DNA of 64,000 nt. Source: Asterias rubens. Its lineage: Eukaryota. The DNA is taken from NCBI RefSeq assembly GCF_902459465.1, contig NC_047074.1, forward strand, positions 7,626,001 through 7,690,000, in the 5' to 3' direction. The notes beneath the pieces are model-generated. The model saw only the letters and a program-made list of their open reading frames with translations. It was not told where the DNA came from and ran no database searches. The translations under genes were made by a program, and so were the position numbers. Positions within the stretch are counted from its first letter, which is position 1, and the number at the start of each line of letters is the position of its first letter. Shown here piece after piece: positions 11,671 to 38,647 of this stretch.

Positions 11671-12454
11671 AAAGAAACTTTTCAAACTTTCAAAAGAAAA
11701 TTTTCTGTAACCATGTTCTGAATCTGGAGCAATATCGGAACTTTCAAGATCGCCAAACTATGTTAGTCGATACAAACGTCTTACTTTTCGACTACATTGT
11801 AAGCGGAGAACAAACCTGTCATAACTACAGACAGTTCAAATACCTTGACTTCGACAGTTGGGGGACATTTTTACTGAGCAAACTGTAGTTTTTTACTTGT
11901 CAGTATTATAGACAAATTCTGCCTTTGCTACCTCATGGAAAATTGTGGTAAAATATTTGCTCGCCGTGTACACTTAAACTTCGCGCCAGATGTCACTTGT
12001 TGTTGTATTTTAATATTGTATTTTTCATGTTATCGATTTGCCTTAACCTGATTATCATATGTGCTGTATTGGTGTCTAAAGTAATGGAAATAAAACAATG
12101 CACTCTTAGATGTTACTTAGTGATACACGTAAACTGATAGAGGCGCCATTTCAGGTATTCTAATTCATCAATTCAAGAGAAGTATTTTACCATTACCTTC
12201 TGTAAACCCTGTAAGTTATTTGTAAATCTGTGAACTTTTGTTTTTTTATCCGAAAGTGTATAATGGCTTTAACAACAGTGCTATAACAACTCGGTATAGT
12301 AAGCCCACATTCGAGCAATTGCGCGCAGGAATCATTGAACCATTGTTGTGCTCGACTCTTGCAACAAAGTTTGCACAAAAACAGTATGATCTTTTACAAA
12401 CAAATAGATCACTTCGTAGTACGAGCCACAATATTATGACGTAAATTTATTTAA

Positions 12455-12836
12455 AGGAAACGTTGCCTTGGATCGGACGAGTTGGTTTACAAAAAGCGTT
12501 TGTAACCATTTTTTTAATAAAATGCATATGGTTGGAAAGATGTTTTAAAAGTAGAATACAATGATCCACACACATTTGCCTCGAAATTGCGTGGTTTCCC
12601 TTTTACTGTGCGAACTAACACGGTCGGCCATTTATGGGAGTGAACAATTTGACTCCCATAAATAGCCGACCGTGTTAGTCGACGAGGTAAAAGGAAAACC
12701 GTGCAATTTCGAGGTATGTTTGTGTGAATCATTGTATTCTACTTTTACAACATCTTATACCCATATATATTTTATAACAAACGGTTACAAACGCTTTTCA
12801 AAGACCAACTCGACCGATCCAAGGCAACGTGTTCCT
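12455..12836. mobile_element. Kolobok-like MITE, family K3 (uninterrupted copy)
   Basis: TTAA|AGGAAACGTTGCCTTGGATCGG...CCGATCCAAGGCAACGTGTTCCT|TTAA. Confidence 0.85.
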
Positions 12837-13240
12837 TTAAGTAACCATAATTAATTCAAGGTGCATGAAAGACAAACTTTTACAATGTTTATGAAAAAGT
12901 ACTTCCTGCGAAAAATAAAGCTCATTACAAATTTATTTCATTGTTGATGTACATGGTTAGAAAGGGGCATTTTGGTTAATAGGGTTTAACAACACACTTG
13001 ACTGACTGTTATTAAACCGCCAATAAAGGATGATCGCAAATATATAGATATTACAGTTTGTCGTTCTAGTAAAGATTATGTCTTTTGTGTCGGTTGTCTT
13101 TCTTGTCCTGTATGGCATTCCCAAATCAAGCAAACACTTACCGGGTTTCACTAAGTCTACCCCATCCATACTATAATATACCATAAATGTATGATTAGCA
13201 AATGTGAAGTTGAAAAAAAAACTGGTGAAAACCCTTTTAA

Positions 13241-13320
13241 TGCATAGCATGGCACGGTATACACAGTCCGTCCAGCTACCATATCAGACACCATGACGAA
13301 CATGACGGTGGCCATAATAA
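13241..13320 (-). pseudogene. Diverged partial copy of the transporter last exon
   Basis: IMATVMFVMVSDMVAGRTVYTVPCY versus IMATVLYVTVSEMVAGRTVFTVPCY in 13403-13480. Confidence 0.8.
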
Positions 13321-13377
13321 GTCTGCTGCCACCTAGCGTTCCAAAGTCTCCCATTCGATCTATGGACTTTTCTTGAG

Positions 13378-27330
<13,953 letters not shown>

Positions 27331-27963
27331 GATTGGTATACGGGGAGTTAACTGTGTGAGTGTTTTGACCCAGACTTTGGTTCTTACAATGAAGTGTTTA
27401 CGCCTTTCAACATTTCACAGTGGAGAACGATTCAGACCTGACTGCCAAAACAAATTCACAAAAGAAAAACACATAAAGCTGTGATACGCTCTGTGAATAA
27501 ATAGTTATTTCAAAACCACTGACGCATTTACCGGTACGTGGTGTGTACATTGCTTGCAAGAAACGCTACTGCAAAAAATCATTTATGAATTGTACGTAAG
27601 CAGCCATCTGACCCTTGCCTTCAGGGCCCATTTTCACAATGCATGTATTAGGCACAAGTTGCATGGGTCTGTAGCAGAGAATTGGCGCTCACAAATTACA
27701 AAAAGAAGAAGCAGTTTTCTATCTGGGCTTTTCATGGGTAAGCAGGGAATGTTGGCCTGTGCGCGTGCTTAAACGACATTTGAAATTTTAGTCCACATGA
27801 TTGTATTAAGGGACTAAACCACTTTTAGATTTAAATTAAATCGTTTGAGATTTAAATGTTAAATGCTTTATAATAAGTTTGATGAGTCAAGTGGATTGGT
27901 CCTTGACTACAATCCTTTGGATTAACTTTAAAATTCCTCAACTTTAGAGTAGTATTTTATTAA

Positions 27964-28320
27964 AGGGTCTATGTACTTTTTGTAGGATAAAAAACACAAT
28001 GTCCACAAAATTGCACTAAACTTACACAGTTGCATGATAATGATAGTAGAAAGCTTCCCTGAAAACATTACTTGCCGAGGTGCTGTAGTTTTTGATTACA
28101 TAAGTAAAACAATGTAATGAAAATAATTTTCGTCTCAGTGATCATGATACGAAAATTGTTTTAGCATGTCAAAACGTATTTTCACGACATTGTTTTACTC
28201 ATTTCTCAAAAACTACAGCACCTTAGCAACTAATATTTCAAGGTATGCTTCTGCTATCATTATCTTCAAACGGTGTAAGATTTAATGTGAATCTATGGAC
28301 ATTGTGTTTTGTATTAACAA
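27964..28320. mobile_element. Kolobok-like MITE family K5 (also 51566-51912, fragment near 61200-61290)
   Basis: TTAA|AGGGTCTATGTACTTTT start; body shared with 51566-51912, which ends AGTACATAGACCCT|TTAA. Confidence 0.75.
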
Positions 28321-29584
28321 ATCTCGTCTGCACTAGCTGGGCATGTAAGCCCCCTAAGCACTTACACAGCTAGTACAGTAATTCTGCACTTGCCCTGGGA
28401 TGAGAGCGGCAAGCATGAGAGCGGCAAAATTTCATGGGGCTGCTTAAGCACAAAATAATTGCTTAAGCACGAAAATAGCTTGCTTATGTTACACACTTGC
28501 CAAAATGTAATACCATAATTACATTGGTTGTGACTGGTGCTTAGCTGATTTTACTTAGCATAACAATTGAGTGGAGTGTTGGCCGGTGGTCCAATTTTAC
28601 CAAAGGCCCTGCTGAACGTATACCAACGTATGCACAAAATAGTTCGAACATTTTCAAAGTCCAAGAACGTCCAACTTCCCAACGAATTGCATCGAAAAAG
28701 TCGACATCGGTGTTGGAAATGTGTGTTTGAGCAGCCCGATGATTAACATCGTCTGACAACAAAGATTAATTTTAAATTTCCGAACATGAGATTCCATTCA
28801 TCAGCTGTCCACAAATTCGCTCAGTTTTCTAAATGCGCCAGACTAATAATACTAGACAGAATAATTATGCTCCCTTTTTTTAGGGTTAAGTGGTTAGGAA
28901 TACGTAGGAATCCATTAGGAATACGTTAGGAATGTGTTTCTATTGTTATTATTATGTTTAGTAGTATAGTAGTCGTAGTATAGTTAGTTATATTTCATTA
29001 TGCCATTTCAACGATAAAGAACAGTACTTTCAGATGGGCTATGGAATAAACAAAAGCATAGTAGTTTACTTTGATCCGTAGACCCGCCTCCCCACATATG
29101 GTTGTAAAACAAGTAATACAACGAATAATAAAATATAATTATAATGTATATTTAATACAGCAAAGACGGAGAGGTAAATAAACTATAAATAGAACATTTG
29201 CATGTACATCAATTGATTATATGAAACAATGTGAAACATTAGGCCTACGGCAAACAAAACTTGTCTAGTGAAATGTTACAGAGATACTTTATCGTACTGG
29301 AAAATTAATTAATAGAAGTTCCAAGCTTGCATCATGTGATTCCATGCTATCTTTCGCTGTGTAGCAACGTAAAAACCTATATAGTTTTACGATTTTCGTA
29401 TGTCAATTTAGAAATAGTCTAGTTCGTCAAACCGATAATTCCTAGCTGTGTATACAGTGCTCAGTCTTGTAACGTCTTGCGAGGTAACCAGACTTCTGCA
29501 AAAGAAAATTTATTCTCTATGTTTATCTCATGATAAAATTAACGAATTTTCTCAGAACGCACCATAAAGAACTTACCTACATGT

Positions 29585-30090
29585 TCGTTTTTGTTTCCCA
29601 CGAAAATCATCATACGTCGTCCTCAGAACGAGAAAAACTCCTCCATCTGTCGGTTGGTGGCGCTGTTTAATGGACTATGCAAAGTTGTACAAAATAAACA
29701 CTACAAGAAAGAGCAGTGTTGTATTCAAGACCGTTACACCCGAGACCAAGACAAAGACCAAGATCAGCATGTCCAAGAGCAAGACCAAAGAAAGTGGAGA
29801 CCAAAGGGTAAACTGTTTGTTTATGTTTCCCACGAAATTCATTATTAGTAGTCCTCAGAACGAGAAAAACGCCTCCATCTGTCGGTTGGTGGCGCTGTTT
29901 AATGAACTATGCAAACTTGTACGAAATAAACACTACAAGAAAGAGCAGTGTTGTATTCAAGACCGTTACAACCGAGGCCAAGACAAAGACCAAGATCAGC
30001 ATGTCCAAGGGGGAGACCGAGACAAACACCAAGAAAGTCGAGACCCAAGGGAAGACCAGGGTGCCGAGGGGAACCGGTCTCGAAGACAGG
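29585..30090 (+). repeat. Tandem duplication of about 241 bp containing a hAT-like terminal segment
   Basis: 29585-29810 and 29826-30050 are near-identical; each holds CAGTGTTGTATTCAAGACC followed by GAGACCAAGAC/AAGACC motifs. Confidence 0.8.
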
Positions 30091-30803
30091 TACTTGCTTT
30101 TCAGATTCAGTGATTCTCTTGGACACGATATCATTGGATACACGTGCAGTTACATGAGCTTTTCATAGTCGGTTTTGATTAGTTAGGAGGATGTTGGTGC
30201 AATCACCTCGGACCAATCAAAACACAAATGATGGAAAGCTTACTTTCGGTCGTCTACATGCTGTGTTCACGTCCGTTTACAAGGAGCGACCAAATTAACA
30301 AGTAATTTCTCTTTCTGTAATTTAAAATTATTTGCTTATAACTGCGCAAAATGCAATCACTTCTTGGGACCATATATGCAATGCCGCGGTAAAAGACTGG
30401 TCATAAGTGCGTCACAAATTTTCAACACAAGATCATCTCCCAGAGTTAATGCCGTAATTTGGTAACAACTTGTTATTTGATCCCACTGTCTGTTATCATC
30501 ATGGCTTGACGAAATGATAACAAACAACATGTGTTTAGCGTATCCCAGCAACGGCTAAGATTAAATAGACAAAATATTCCTCTTTTCCGCACAACACTGC
30601 ATCAAATGCAATCGCTTCTTGATCTGCACCTTAAAATGCAGTGCTGCAGAAAAAAAGACTAGTTGCCACCTCGTCACAAAATTTGTAAGACTCACTGCAG
30701 ATTTTTGCATGCACAGCATCACCTCAAAGATCCATCAACTTGCAAAATACCTTCTAGAAATCTTCCAGTCTCTAAAATATTAAAGTGCTCATTGTGTCTG
30801 CTG

Positions 30804-31505
30804 ATGACTTCAATGACAGTTATTACTCTATCCGTTATCATCTTGGTAACCAATGGTGTCTTTGCAGCGAGAGGGTGACTTTCTGGATGGGTGCCTTTTG
30901 GTGATTCTTGCTACTTGGGTCTGGATGGATCCATGGAGGGCGACTGGTCAACTGCCGTGATGCAGTGGGGTCGTAAAAACGCATCTATAATGGTACCAAG
31001 CTCAGATTGGGAAATTAAATTCATAACTACTTCGTTTCAGCACCATGGTAATCTGAAAGGTGTTTGGATCAATTGTTATGATGCACAGGTTGAAGGTGAC
31101 TGGAACTGCAACGAGGGTGGTACCAATCCGACTGATTATCTGGAGTGGGAGCCAGATCAACCAGATGATGAGAAACACCTCACTGATCAGGATTATGGCT
31201 TCATGATAACCCGTGATTACAAGAATAATCCAGACATACTTGGAATTGCGGTGACATGTATGCAACGTACGAGATGTTCGTTGTGTGCGAGCGTCCCCGT
31301 CAAGCCAGATGTGGTTAATAATCCACTACGAATGTGCAAGGTCTTTTGGTCACTTTGTGTGTCGCTGTCTCTTCGGCCACACCCTAGATGTCGAACGGAC
31401 ACAGAAGTCGCCTGGAGACGTCAGTGTTTGGAGCGCAAAGACATTCATATCAAGCCGAGTTTGCTGCTACTATTTGGATGTCACATGTTTCTAATCCTAA
31501 AGTAA
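30804..31505 (+). pseudogene. C-type lectin + PAN pseudogene (QPD-type)
   Basis: MTSMTVITLSVIILVTNGVFAARG* (TGC to TGA at the first Cys, 30876-30878); a second Cys is lost (MQW); frameshift near 31250; degenerate PAN start. Confidence 0.85.
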
Positions 31506-32323
31506 AGTGACCATTACGACTATTATCGTTTTCTGTTTTATTTATCACTCAATAGACCTCCGGAGCAAGATGGGAACTTTTAAGATCACCGAATATTGTA
31601 AGTCGATAGAAATTTATCATTTCAGAAAAACTCTGCTTGGGTCGATCCACAAGGCCTTTTACTATATAGTTATGCATCGATAAAAAAAATATGCTTTTTC
31701 GATTACCTATTGAAAGCAGAGCAAGAGAACAAAGCTATGTGATTACACCGATGAAAGAACCACTACTAAGGAACAGTGTTTCTTGGAGAAAACGTTTTGC
31801 CTCGGTTCTATTTTAAGATTTCTTTGTTCTGCCTTTTAGCCACTATAAAAGATAAAGACAAAGTGGGGAAAACAGTGCAGGTACTTAAATTAACTTTAAT
31901 CCGTGAACAATTACTTAACTTGGTGCCAGATGCCGGTTTTTGTGTGTGTAATGTTTTAATTGTTCATGTTGGTTATTAATTTCACTGGACATTTATCTGA
32001 TTCATGTGTGCTTTATATCGTAAGCAACATAACGAGGGGTCACTGCAACTAAAATTTTATGTTTGAGAAAACAGTTAAGAAAGTAGATGATTTTGCGACA
32101 TATTCGTAAATAAGGGAATAAAAGGGTAGCGACGAGTTCTTACACGACCGTTTGAAGCCGGCAGGGTCGAGTTGCAGTGCCCGAGGCCCGATAAAGGCCC
32201 GAGCCGATGGCGAGGGCCTTTAGCGCACGGCAACGACCTTGCAAGGTTTTAAACGGACGTTTAAGAGTGAGTCACTACTGATTTATTCCTATTCATAAAT
32301 GCCCTTTTGTTAAAAAACGTTGA

Positions 32324-32831
32324 AGTCACCTGGAAGTGGTATTTTTCAAAATAAAGCTGTTGTCACTAATATATGTGTTTTGATGAGTGGAATGTGAATA
32401 AACAGTTAACTAAGGTTTTAAAAAATCAGTACTTACGTTATTTACAAATTTAAGAGTAGAATCCGACCCGAGAGGGCGTTGTTCGTGGCGTCAATCGAGG
32501 CAGACTTTGCCTGTAATGCGTAGATTTATTTATTTTTTTTCTGGTAATGTCGACCAGGTGTATTGCTGCTGAATGCAGAAAAACACTTTTTGAAATGTAC
32601 CAACTCACGACTTGGACGCACATGTACTTTGCACGTGTGTTTACTATGTGCATTGCAGGCAAAGTCTGCCTCGATTCACGTCACAAAAGGAGTAGGCGGA
32701 GTCAGCCCCCAAACAACTTTATATATTTTTTAACATATAAATCGTGACAAATAATTACTAAAAAAATTGTTTTATGGTTCGTGAGCATATACTCTTATGT
32801 TTGAAAGAAAAAAATATATTTCCAGGTGACT
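32324..32831. mobile_element. Kolobok-like MITE family K4, uninterrupted copy with a THAP-like start remnant
   Basis: AGTCACCTGGAA...TTCCAGGTGACT TIR; inverted homolog of 19756-20236 plus 25998-26079; MSTRCIAAECRKT at 32547. Confidence 0.8.
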
Positions 32832-34725
32832 TGAAACAATACAATTAATGACACGTTGACAGTTGAAAATTCGAGGTTTGAAATATTGTTTTCAAAAACT
32901 TTGTGAAGAGTCTGTTGCACGTGGGTTGTATGACGCGCGCTCGCTTAAAAATAGATTACGCGCGCGCGCTTAGCAGTAGACTACGCGTTGTTACTAATAA
33001 CTATGAATTGCGAAATTACTGTCGATGTACAGCATAAAGTTAAGAAAAGAACAAGTGGTCTCAACTGTGGTGTACGCTAGCTGGTCATTGCATATACTTA
33101 TTGCTCTAATTTACGTGTGTATGATTCCTTATGAATGATTGGATCACAAACATCCCCATGACACATCGGGCCAAATATGAATTCGAACCGTTTACCTACC
33201 CCCCCCCCCCCCCCCCAAACAAAAAAAAAGAAGAAGAAGAAAAAAGAAGAAGCAACCGGTTCAAAACAGTTTATAAAAGTTAAAATACTTACGTTGTTAC
33301 GTAGCCTGGCCTAAATTCGTCACCATAATTATTTAAGATCTGTAATTTTAAAAGCACTTATAGGCGTACGATTAGTGGGGGAAGTTTGTATATTTAATGT
33401 ACTTTCATCTTTTTATCTTCCCCATTTTTCGAAGCTATGAGGAAATAAATAAGTTAAGACATAAGTAGCACAGTACTAAGATATTAAATTATTTTTTGTT
33501 AGAAAGGGGGATTATTACTAATGGTATTTATAAACACTAAAAGGGTTAGCTGGTACGCAAGAGGGTTTTTCATTACATTTTCGTCGGCAGCCAGGAAAAT
33601 TTGCATACAATGCTTGACAGAGTCTTTTGAGGATGATAAAGTACAGGGAATTTAAAACAGCTAAACGTATTCACTGGTGTTTTAACACTATATACGAAGT
33701 GTGGACCCAAAAAATAACATAGGGTCACAACATGTAGGAACTTTAAACACTTTGTGGACTAACTATGTACTGTTCCTTAAAGGCCAAGGGCTGGTACCAC
33801 TACAAGAAAAATGGTAGAGGCCGATACAAAACACTGTACGATCACTCTGACCCAACCCATTTAATATTTTATAGATATCTTTTAAGATATTAATATTAAA
33901 CTGCGCGCTGCAGAAGCACTTTACGATCTCGGTTTTGTCATCGTAAAAATGTTTTTAGTTGTCGCGCTTAGTATGGAGTCCCCAAAATATATTTATTCCT
34001 TCTTGCTCATAATTTTGCTCCCCGATTTATTATTTCGTTCCCTCAAAAGACAATTGTTCGTCAAATAAAAAAAATTGTTCCCTAAGAACATGTTTTTGGT
34101 TCCTCGAGATTTTGTTTCCCTAATTATATTGTTTTGTTTCCTCGAAATAATATTCCGTTCCCTCAAAAAAAAAATTTATTGTTGTTTTCCTCGAAATATG
34201 ATTTTATCCCCCGAAATATATTTGTTCCCTAATGAGCGGAATTCAGTTTCGGGGGGGACGAAATAATATTTATAGAAACAAAATTATCATTATTATTATG
34301 GTCAGAGTTCTAGTTTAAAGCAACGTAACTTTATTTCGAGGGAGCCAACTAATAGGCCAAAGGAGAGAAAAACATTATTCGAAGAAACAAAAGAGTATTC
34401 GAGGAAGCATATAATTTTTACCGGTATTCCCTTTTTCCCGTAGAAAAGCTTGCCGGTATTCCCTTTTGGGCTCCGTAGAAAAGCGTGCTTTGTGTTTGTC
34501 TTGTTGTACATTAAGGGGCGTCATTAAGGCAGCACCATGACCTTGCATTTTCTGCACGCTATCCTTTCTGTGACAATGATTAATTTAAAGCACTCCAATA
34601 TTCTAAGTAGGAATCTTTGGAAAGACCACTCGCCTCAAGAGAGGTAGAGTTGAGGCCATACCGATTGGCAGACCTGACTGAAATCGCTGGTAGAGACGTA
34701 CATGTGAGCAATTCAGTGGCACAAG

Positions 34726-35295
34726 ATGGCCTGTCGAGTTATTGCGGCAACTTTTAACATAGTTTCTTTTACTGTCATCATGGTCAGCAATGGTCTCTTT
34801 GCATCGAGAGGATGCCCTTATGGATGGGTGCCTTTTGCTGATTCTTGCTACTTGGGTCTGGATGGATCCCTGCAGGGCTACTGGTCCACTGCCGTGATGC
34901 AGTGTGATCGTAACAACGCATCTATAATGGTCCCGAGCTCAGACGGCGAAAATGAGTTCATATTCAATTCGTTTGAGCACCACGGAAATCTGAGAGGTGT
35001 TTGGATCAATTGTAATGATGCTGAAGTTGAAGGTGAATGGAACTGCATCGAGAATGGTAAATATCTGACTGATTATCGGAAGTGGGAGCCCGACCAACCA
35101 GATGATGACAAATGGCAGGTAAATCAGGATTATGGCTTCATGATAACCCAAGTTTTCGCTGATAAGAATCCAGACATACTTGGCTTTTGGGGTGATGTGA
35201 GCAAAGGTCGACCTATGTTCATCGTCTGTGAGCGTCCTCGCCAAGTCAGCCGTAGCCAGTCTGCTATGAACGTCTACTGCATGACCATAGATTAG
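34726..35295 (+). CDS. Secreted C-type lectin (QPD/WGD, galactose-type motif), single coding exon, stop before the PAN domain
   Basis: Signal-peptide-like N-terminus; CPYGWVPFADSCY, GVWINC, WEPDQPDD, FWGD, FIVCE; open for 189 aa. Confidence 0.75.
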   Translation: MACRVIAATFNIVSFTVIMVSNGLFASRGCPYGWVPFADSCYLGLDGSLQGYWSTAVMQCDRNNASIMVPSSDGENEFIFNSFEHHGNLRGVWINCNDAEVEGEWNCIENGKYLTDYRKWEPDQPDDDKWQVNQDYGFMITQVFADKNPDILGFWGDVSKGRPMFIVCERPRQVSRSQSAMNVYCMTID

Positions 35296-35523
35296 TCTAC
35301 TGGTCACTTTGTGTCTCGCTGTCTCTTCGGCCACACCCTGGACAGATATCCAACTGACACAGTAGCCGTCTGCAGACGACGATGTATGGAGCGCCAAGAC
35401 TGTCTCTCATTCAACATCAAGCGGAGTTCGTCTGGTTCCACGCCCCATGTTTGTGAGCTCAATAACGCCACTCGCTACCAAGTCTTGAAGGAGTATTTTC
35501 GAGAGAGTGTCACATGTTTCTGA
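35296..35523 (+). pseudogene. In-frame PAN/apple domain remnant after the TAG
   Basis: STGHFVSRCLFGH...VCRRRCMERQDCLSFN...VCELNNAT; 20-nt deletion near the end relative to the 7-kb copy. Confidence 0.7.
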
Positions 35524-36344
35524 AAAAAGGATACCCGAGCACTGTATTATAATTTCGAGATTTTCGAGCATTTTATTGAAACTTTTTGTATTTTTCCGTG
35601 TGGACCGAGCGACAGACAATTCAAAGGAATATGTTCATTTGTGTGTTACTTTCTTCGGACTGAAAGAGAACAAATCAATGAAAAGTGATAACAGACAAAC
35701 ACTGCCCTTTGCACTCAAACACAACACTTTATTTTTGCTGCTGTTGTTTCCCCGTCATTTAATTTTAATACACAACAAGTTTTTTAACCGGAGGTATTGG
35801 TGTTACATTAATGGTACGAGATGACTTTTACCTCTATATAACATGTTGATCTATTCTAAGTACTCTATTGCAATGAACGTAAAACTGCCTGATGCTCCAC
35901 CTGCATTGAATGGAACATAAACATTTGGTTTTTGAATCATCCGATTGTTTTCATCCTACATCAGATATGTAGATATATATACATCAAAACTAACCTTTGA
36001 AAATTGCATTTCCAAAGGTGATAGCGTTTTTGACACATCGCCGAAAATCCTTTGCGGTTTAGTCCATGCAGGAAAAGGAATACACAATCTGGGAAACGTT
36101 TCAGACAGTAACGTTTCTCAAACTCACATTTTCGGGTAAACAAACCATTGTCTGTCTTTATAACCACATCACTTCGAAGTGAATTTATTCTCAAATTGCT
36201 TCATGCTCTCGAACGTTGACGTGGGCCTATTTCTTCTAAAGTAAGTTGTCATAACATCTCTGTGGTACCCGCTGCTTAACATGATTCGAATTGCCTCTAG
36301 CTACCGGGCAATATCATTGGTCTAGTAGGTATGACTGCTATTAA

Positions 36345-36724
36345 AGACACTGGACACTTTTGGTAAAGGTCAAAGACCAGTCTTCTCACTCGGTGTATCT
36401 CAACATATATGCATAAAATAACAAGCCTGTGGAAATTTGAGCTTGATTGGTCGTCTGAGTTGCGAGATAAATATGAAAGAAAAAACACCATGGTCACACG
36501 AAGTTGTGTGCTTTCAGATACCTGATTTTGAGACTTCAAGTTCTAAATCTGAGGTCTCGAAATCAAATTCGTGGAAAATTACTTCTTTCTCGAAAACTAT
36601 GTCGCTTCAGAGGGAGCCGTTTCTCACAATGTTTTATACTACCAACCTCTCCCCATTACTCGCCACCAAGTAAGGTTTTATGCTAATAATTATTTTGAGT
36701 AATTATCAATAGTGTCCGCTGCCT
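36345..36724. mobile_element. Kolobok-like MITE family K1
   Basis: TTAA|AGACACTGGACAC...GTGTCCGCTGCCT|TTAA. Confidence 0.85.
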
Positions 36725-37126
36725 TTAAACATTGGTGTATATGGGTAAAACCAAAACTACTTTTCTTTATCCCCGAAGCAAATTTAACATCCATAAAGTT
36801 GTCACTAATTTTCAAGAGTGATCATCAAACATTTACCTTCCCTTTAGAATTATTACCACCGGGTTTTTCAGCACTTATGTAAATCCAGGTGAATACTAAT
36901 GGGGTCATGCGATGCAAGGGGGCGTGGTGTTCATCACACCTCCTCTCCAATTGCTCATCAGCAGTGACAATGAATAAAATGGCGGCTAAGGCTATGGCTA
37001 CGGCTACGGTAGATGCTTAATGGATTGCTTACAACCCCCAATTCTTCAACGCATGATGATGCGTCAGTCCAGCTTAAGACGTAGCCATAGCCGCCATTTC
37101 GGACACGGCCTGGTACTAACTCCCAT

Positions 37127-37288
37127 AGGCCCCTTTCGAAACAACGGCTTCGGCTTTGGATTCGGCTTCAGGCCGTGTGAAGCCCTGATCACGTATACGC
37201 AAAGCACGCTCAAAATGTCAAAACAGTCGCGGGGCCAATCTAGCCTGAGCCGAATCTGGAGCCGAAGCCGTGGTTTCGAAAAGGGCCT
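37127..37288. mobile_element. Palindromic Harbinger-like MITE
   Basis: TIR AGGCCCCTTTCGAAAC / GTTTCGAAAAGGGCCT with internal GGCTTCGGC repeats. Confidence 0.75.
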
Positions 37289-37992
37289 TAGAAACAGAAG
37301 TTCCATTATCAATGCCGTTAGTTTGTTGTATACACGTGGGATGGATCTTTGAGCTTACCTTTCATTTCAAACGCATTCAAAGCCATAATTCAAAATTGTG
37401 AAAGCAAATCCGTACCCGCCCTCCCTTCCCCTTCACCTGAACTGAGTTATTAAGTCACTGGAATTCTCATGTTCAATTATCGTGTTACACCTGGTTTATC
37501 AATAAGTGTGTACTTGGGAAAGTACAAAAATAAGGCAATGCAATTCTCGCGTGATTTTAAAAGTTTATTGCATAAAGGTGGAAAATGGAAAATGTCATAA
37601 TCCAACAAAATGCAGAGATAACCTTATGCAGTTAACGATATTTTCAATTAGTTCATTAGACAAGCAAATATTGCTTGGAACATCGACGAACGATTTTGTT
37701 TTACTTTAATTCCATAATAGTACACCAAGTATGAGCTTACAATAGCCTACAAATTTTAGCTGACACTAGGTTGCATTATTACTAACTACTGAACATTATT
37801 TTGCTCTCATGTCTTAAGAAGCGTCTTGTCTGTAGGTGGCGACATAGCATTTCAGCTGTTTCCCAAGGAATTAGTAATAAAAATGACATATATTTTTCGG
37901 AATATAAAATGATATGATATCAAAGAATGATATCAACTGTTACTTTCAATCGTTAAATAAAGTTAGTTATCAGGTAAATATGATTCTTTTAA

Positions 37993-38372
37993 ATGCACTG
38001 GACACTATTGGTAATTACTCAAAATAATTATTAGCATAGCAACTTACGTGGTAACGAGCAACGGGGAGCTGTTAAAAGTATAAAACATTGTGAAAAAGGA
38101 CTCCCTCAGAAGTAACGTAGTTTTTGAGAAAGAGGTAATTTTTCACGAATTTGATTTCGAGACCTCAGAATTAGATGTTGAGGTCCCGAAATCAAGTATC
38201 TGAAAACACAAAACTTCGTGTGACAAGTGTGTTTTTTTCTTCCATTATTATCTTGCAACTTCGACGACTAATGGAGTTCAAATTTTCACAGGTTTGTTAT
38301 TATATGCGTATGCTGAGATACACCAAGTGAGAAGACTGGTCTTTGACAATTATCAAAGGTGTCCACTGTTTT
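37993..38372. mobile_element. Kolobok-like MITE family K1
   Basis: GCACTGGACACTATTGG start and GTGTCCACTG end; body as in the other K1 copies. Confidence 0.8.
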
Positions 38373-38647
38373 TTAATTAAAACGTGACATGACTATAGTA
38401 AAAAAAGAAAAATAAAACCTAATCGAATGAATCAATATTTATGAGTAAATAGTTTGTTAAGTTTTATAATGGTTTATCTACCATTAATTTTATCAAATCG
38501 ACGAAACAAATTTAGAGGGTTTTGTCGTGCCCCTTCTATCTTAACACTGCCCTCTGTTGATTGAAACACCTCTCTTTAGGAAGTGGCATGGTCCAACTTA
38601 TAGGGTATCCTGGCATATGAGCTGGCCGGTGTGCACGGTGTGGTTAA

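Noticed and set aside
28541-28762. 73-aa minus-strand ORF with a plausible upstream acceptor
   Set aside because: No recognisable motif, no donor and no phase link to the transporter; could at most be UTR.
29591-30168. Several overlapping ORFs rich in K/T/D/Q
   Set aside because: Produced by the tandem duplication of AAGACC-rich transposon-end sequence.
34030-34420. Array of GTTTCCTCGAAAT-like motifs as a possible CRISPR-like array
   Set aside because: Irregular, degenerate motif spacing in a eukaryotic context; more like transposon subterminal repeats.
37020-37352. 110-aa ORF with GFGFGF
   Set aside because: Spans two adjacent palindromic MITEs.
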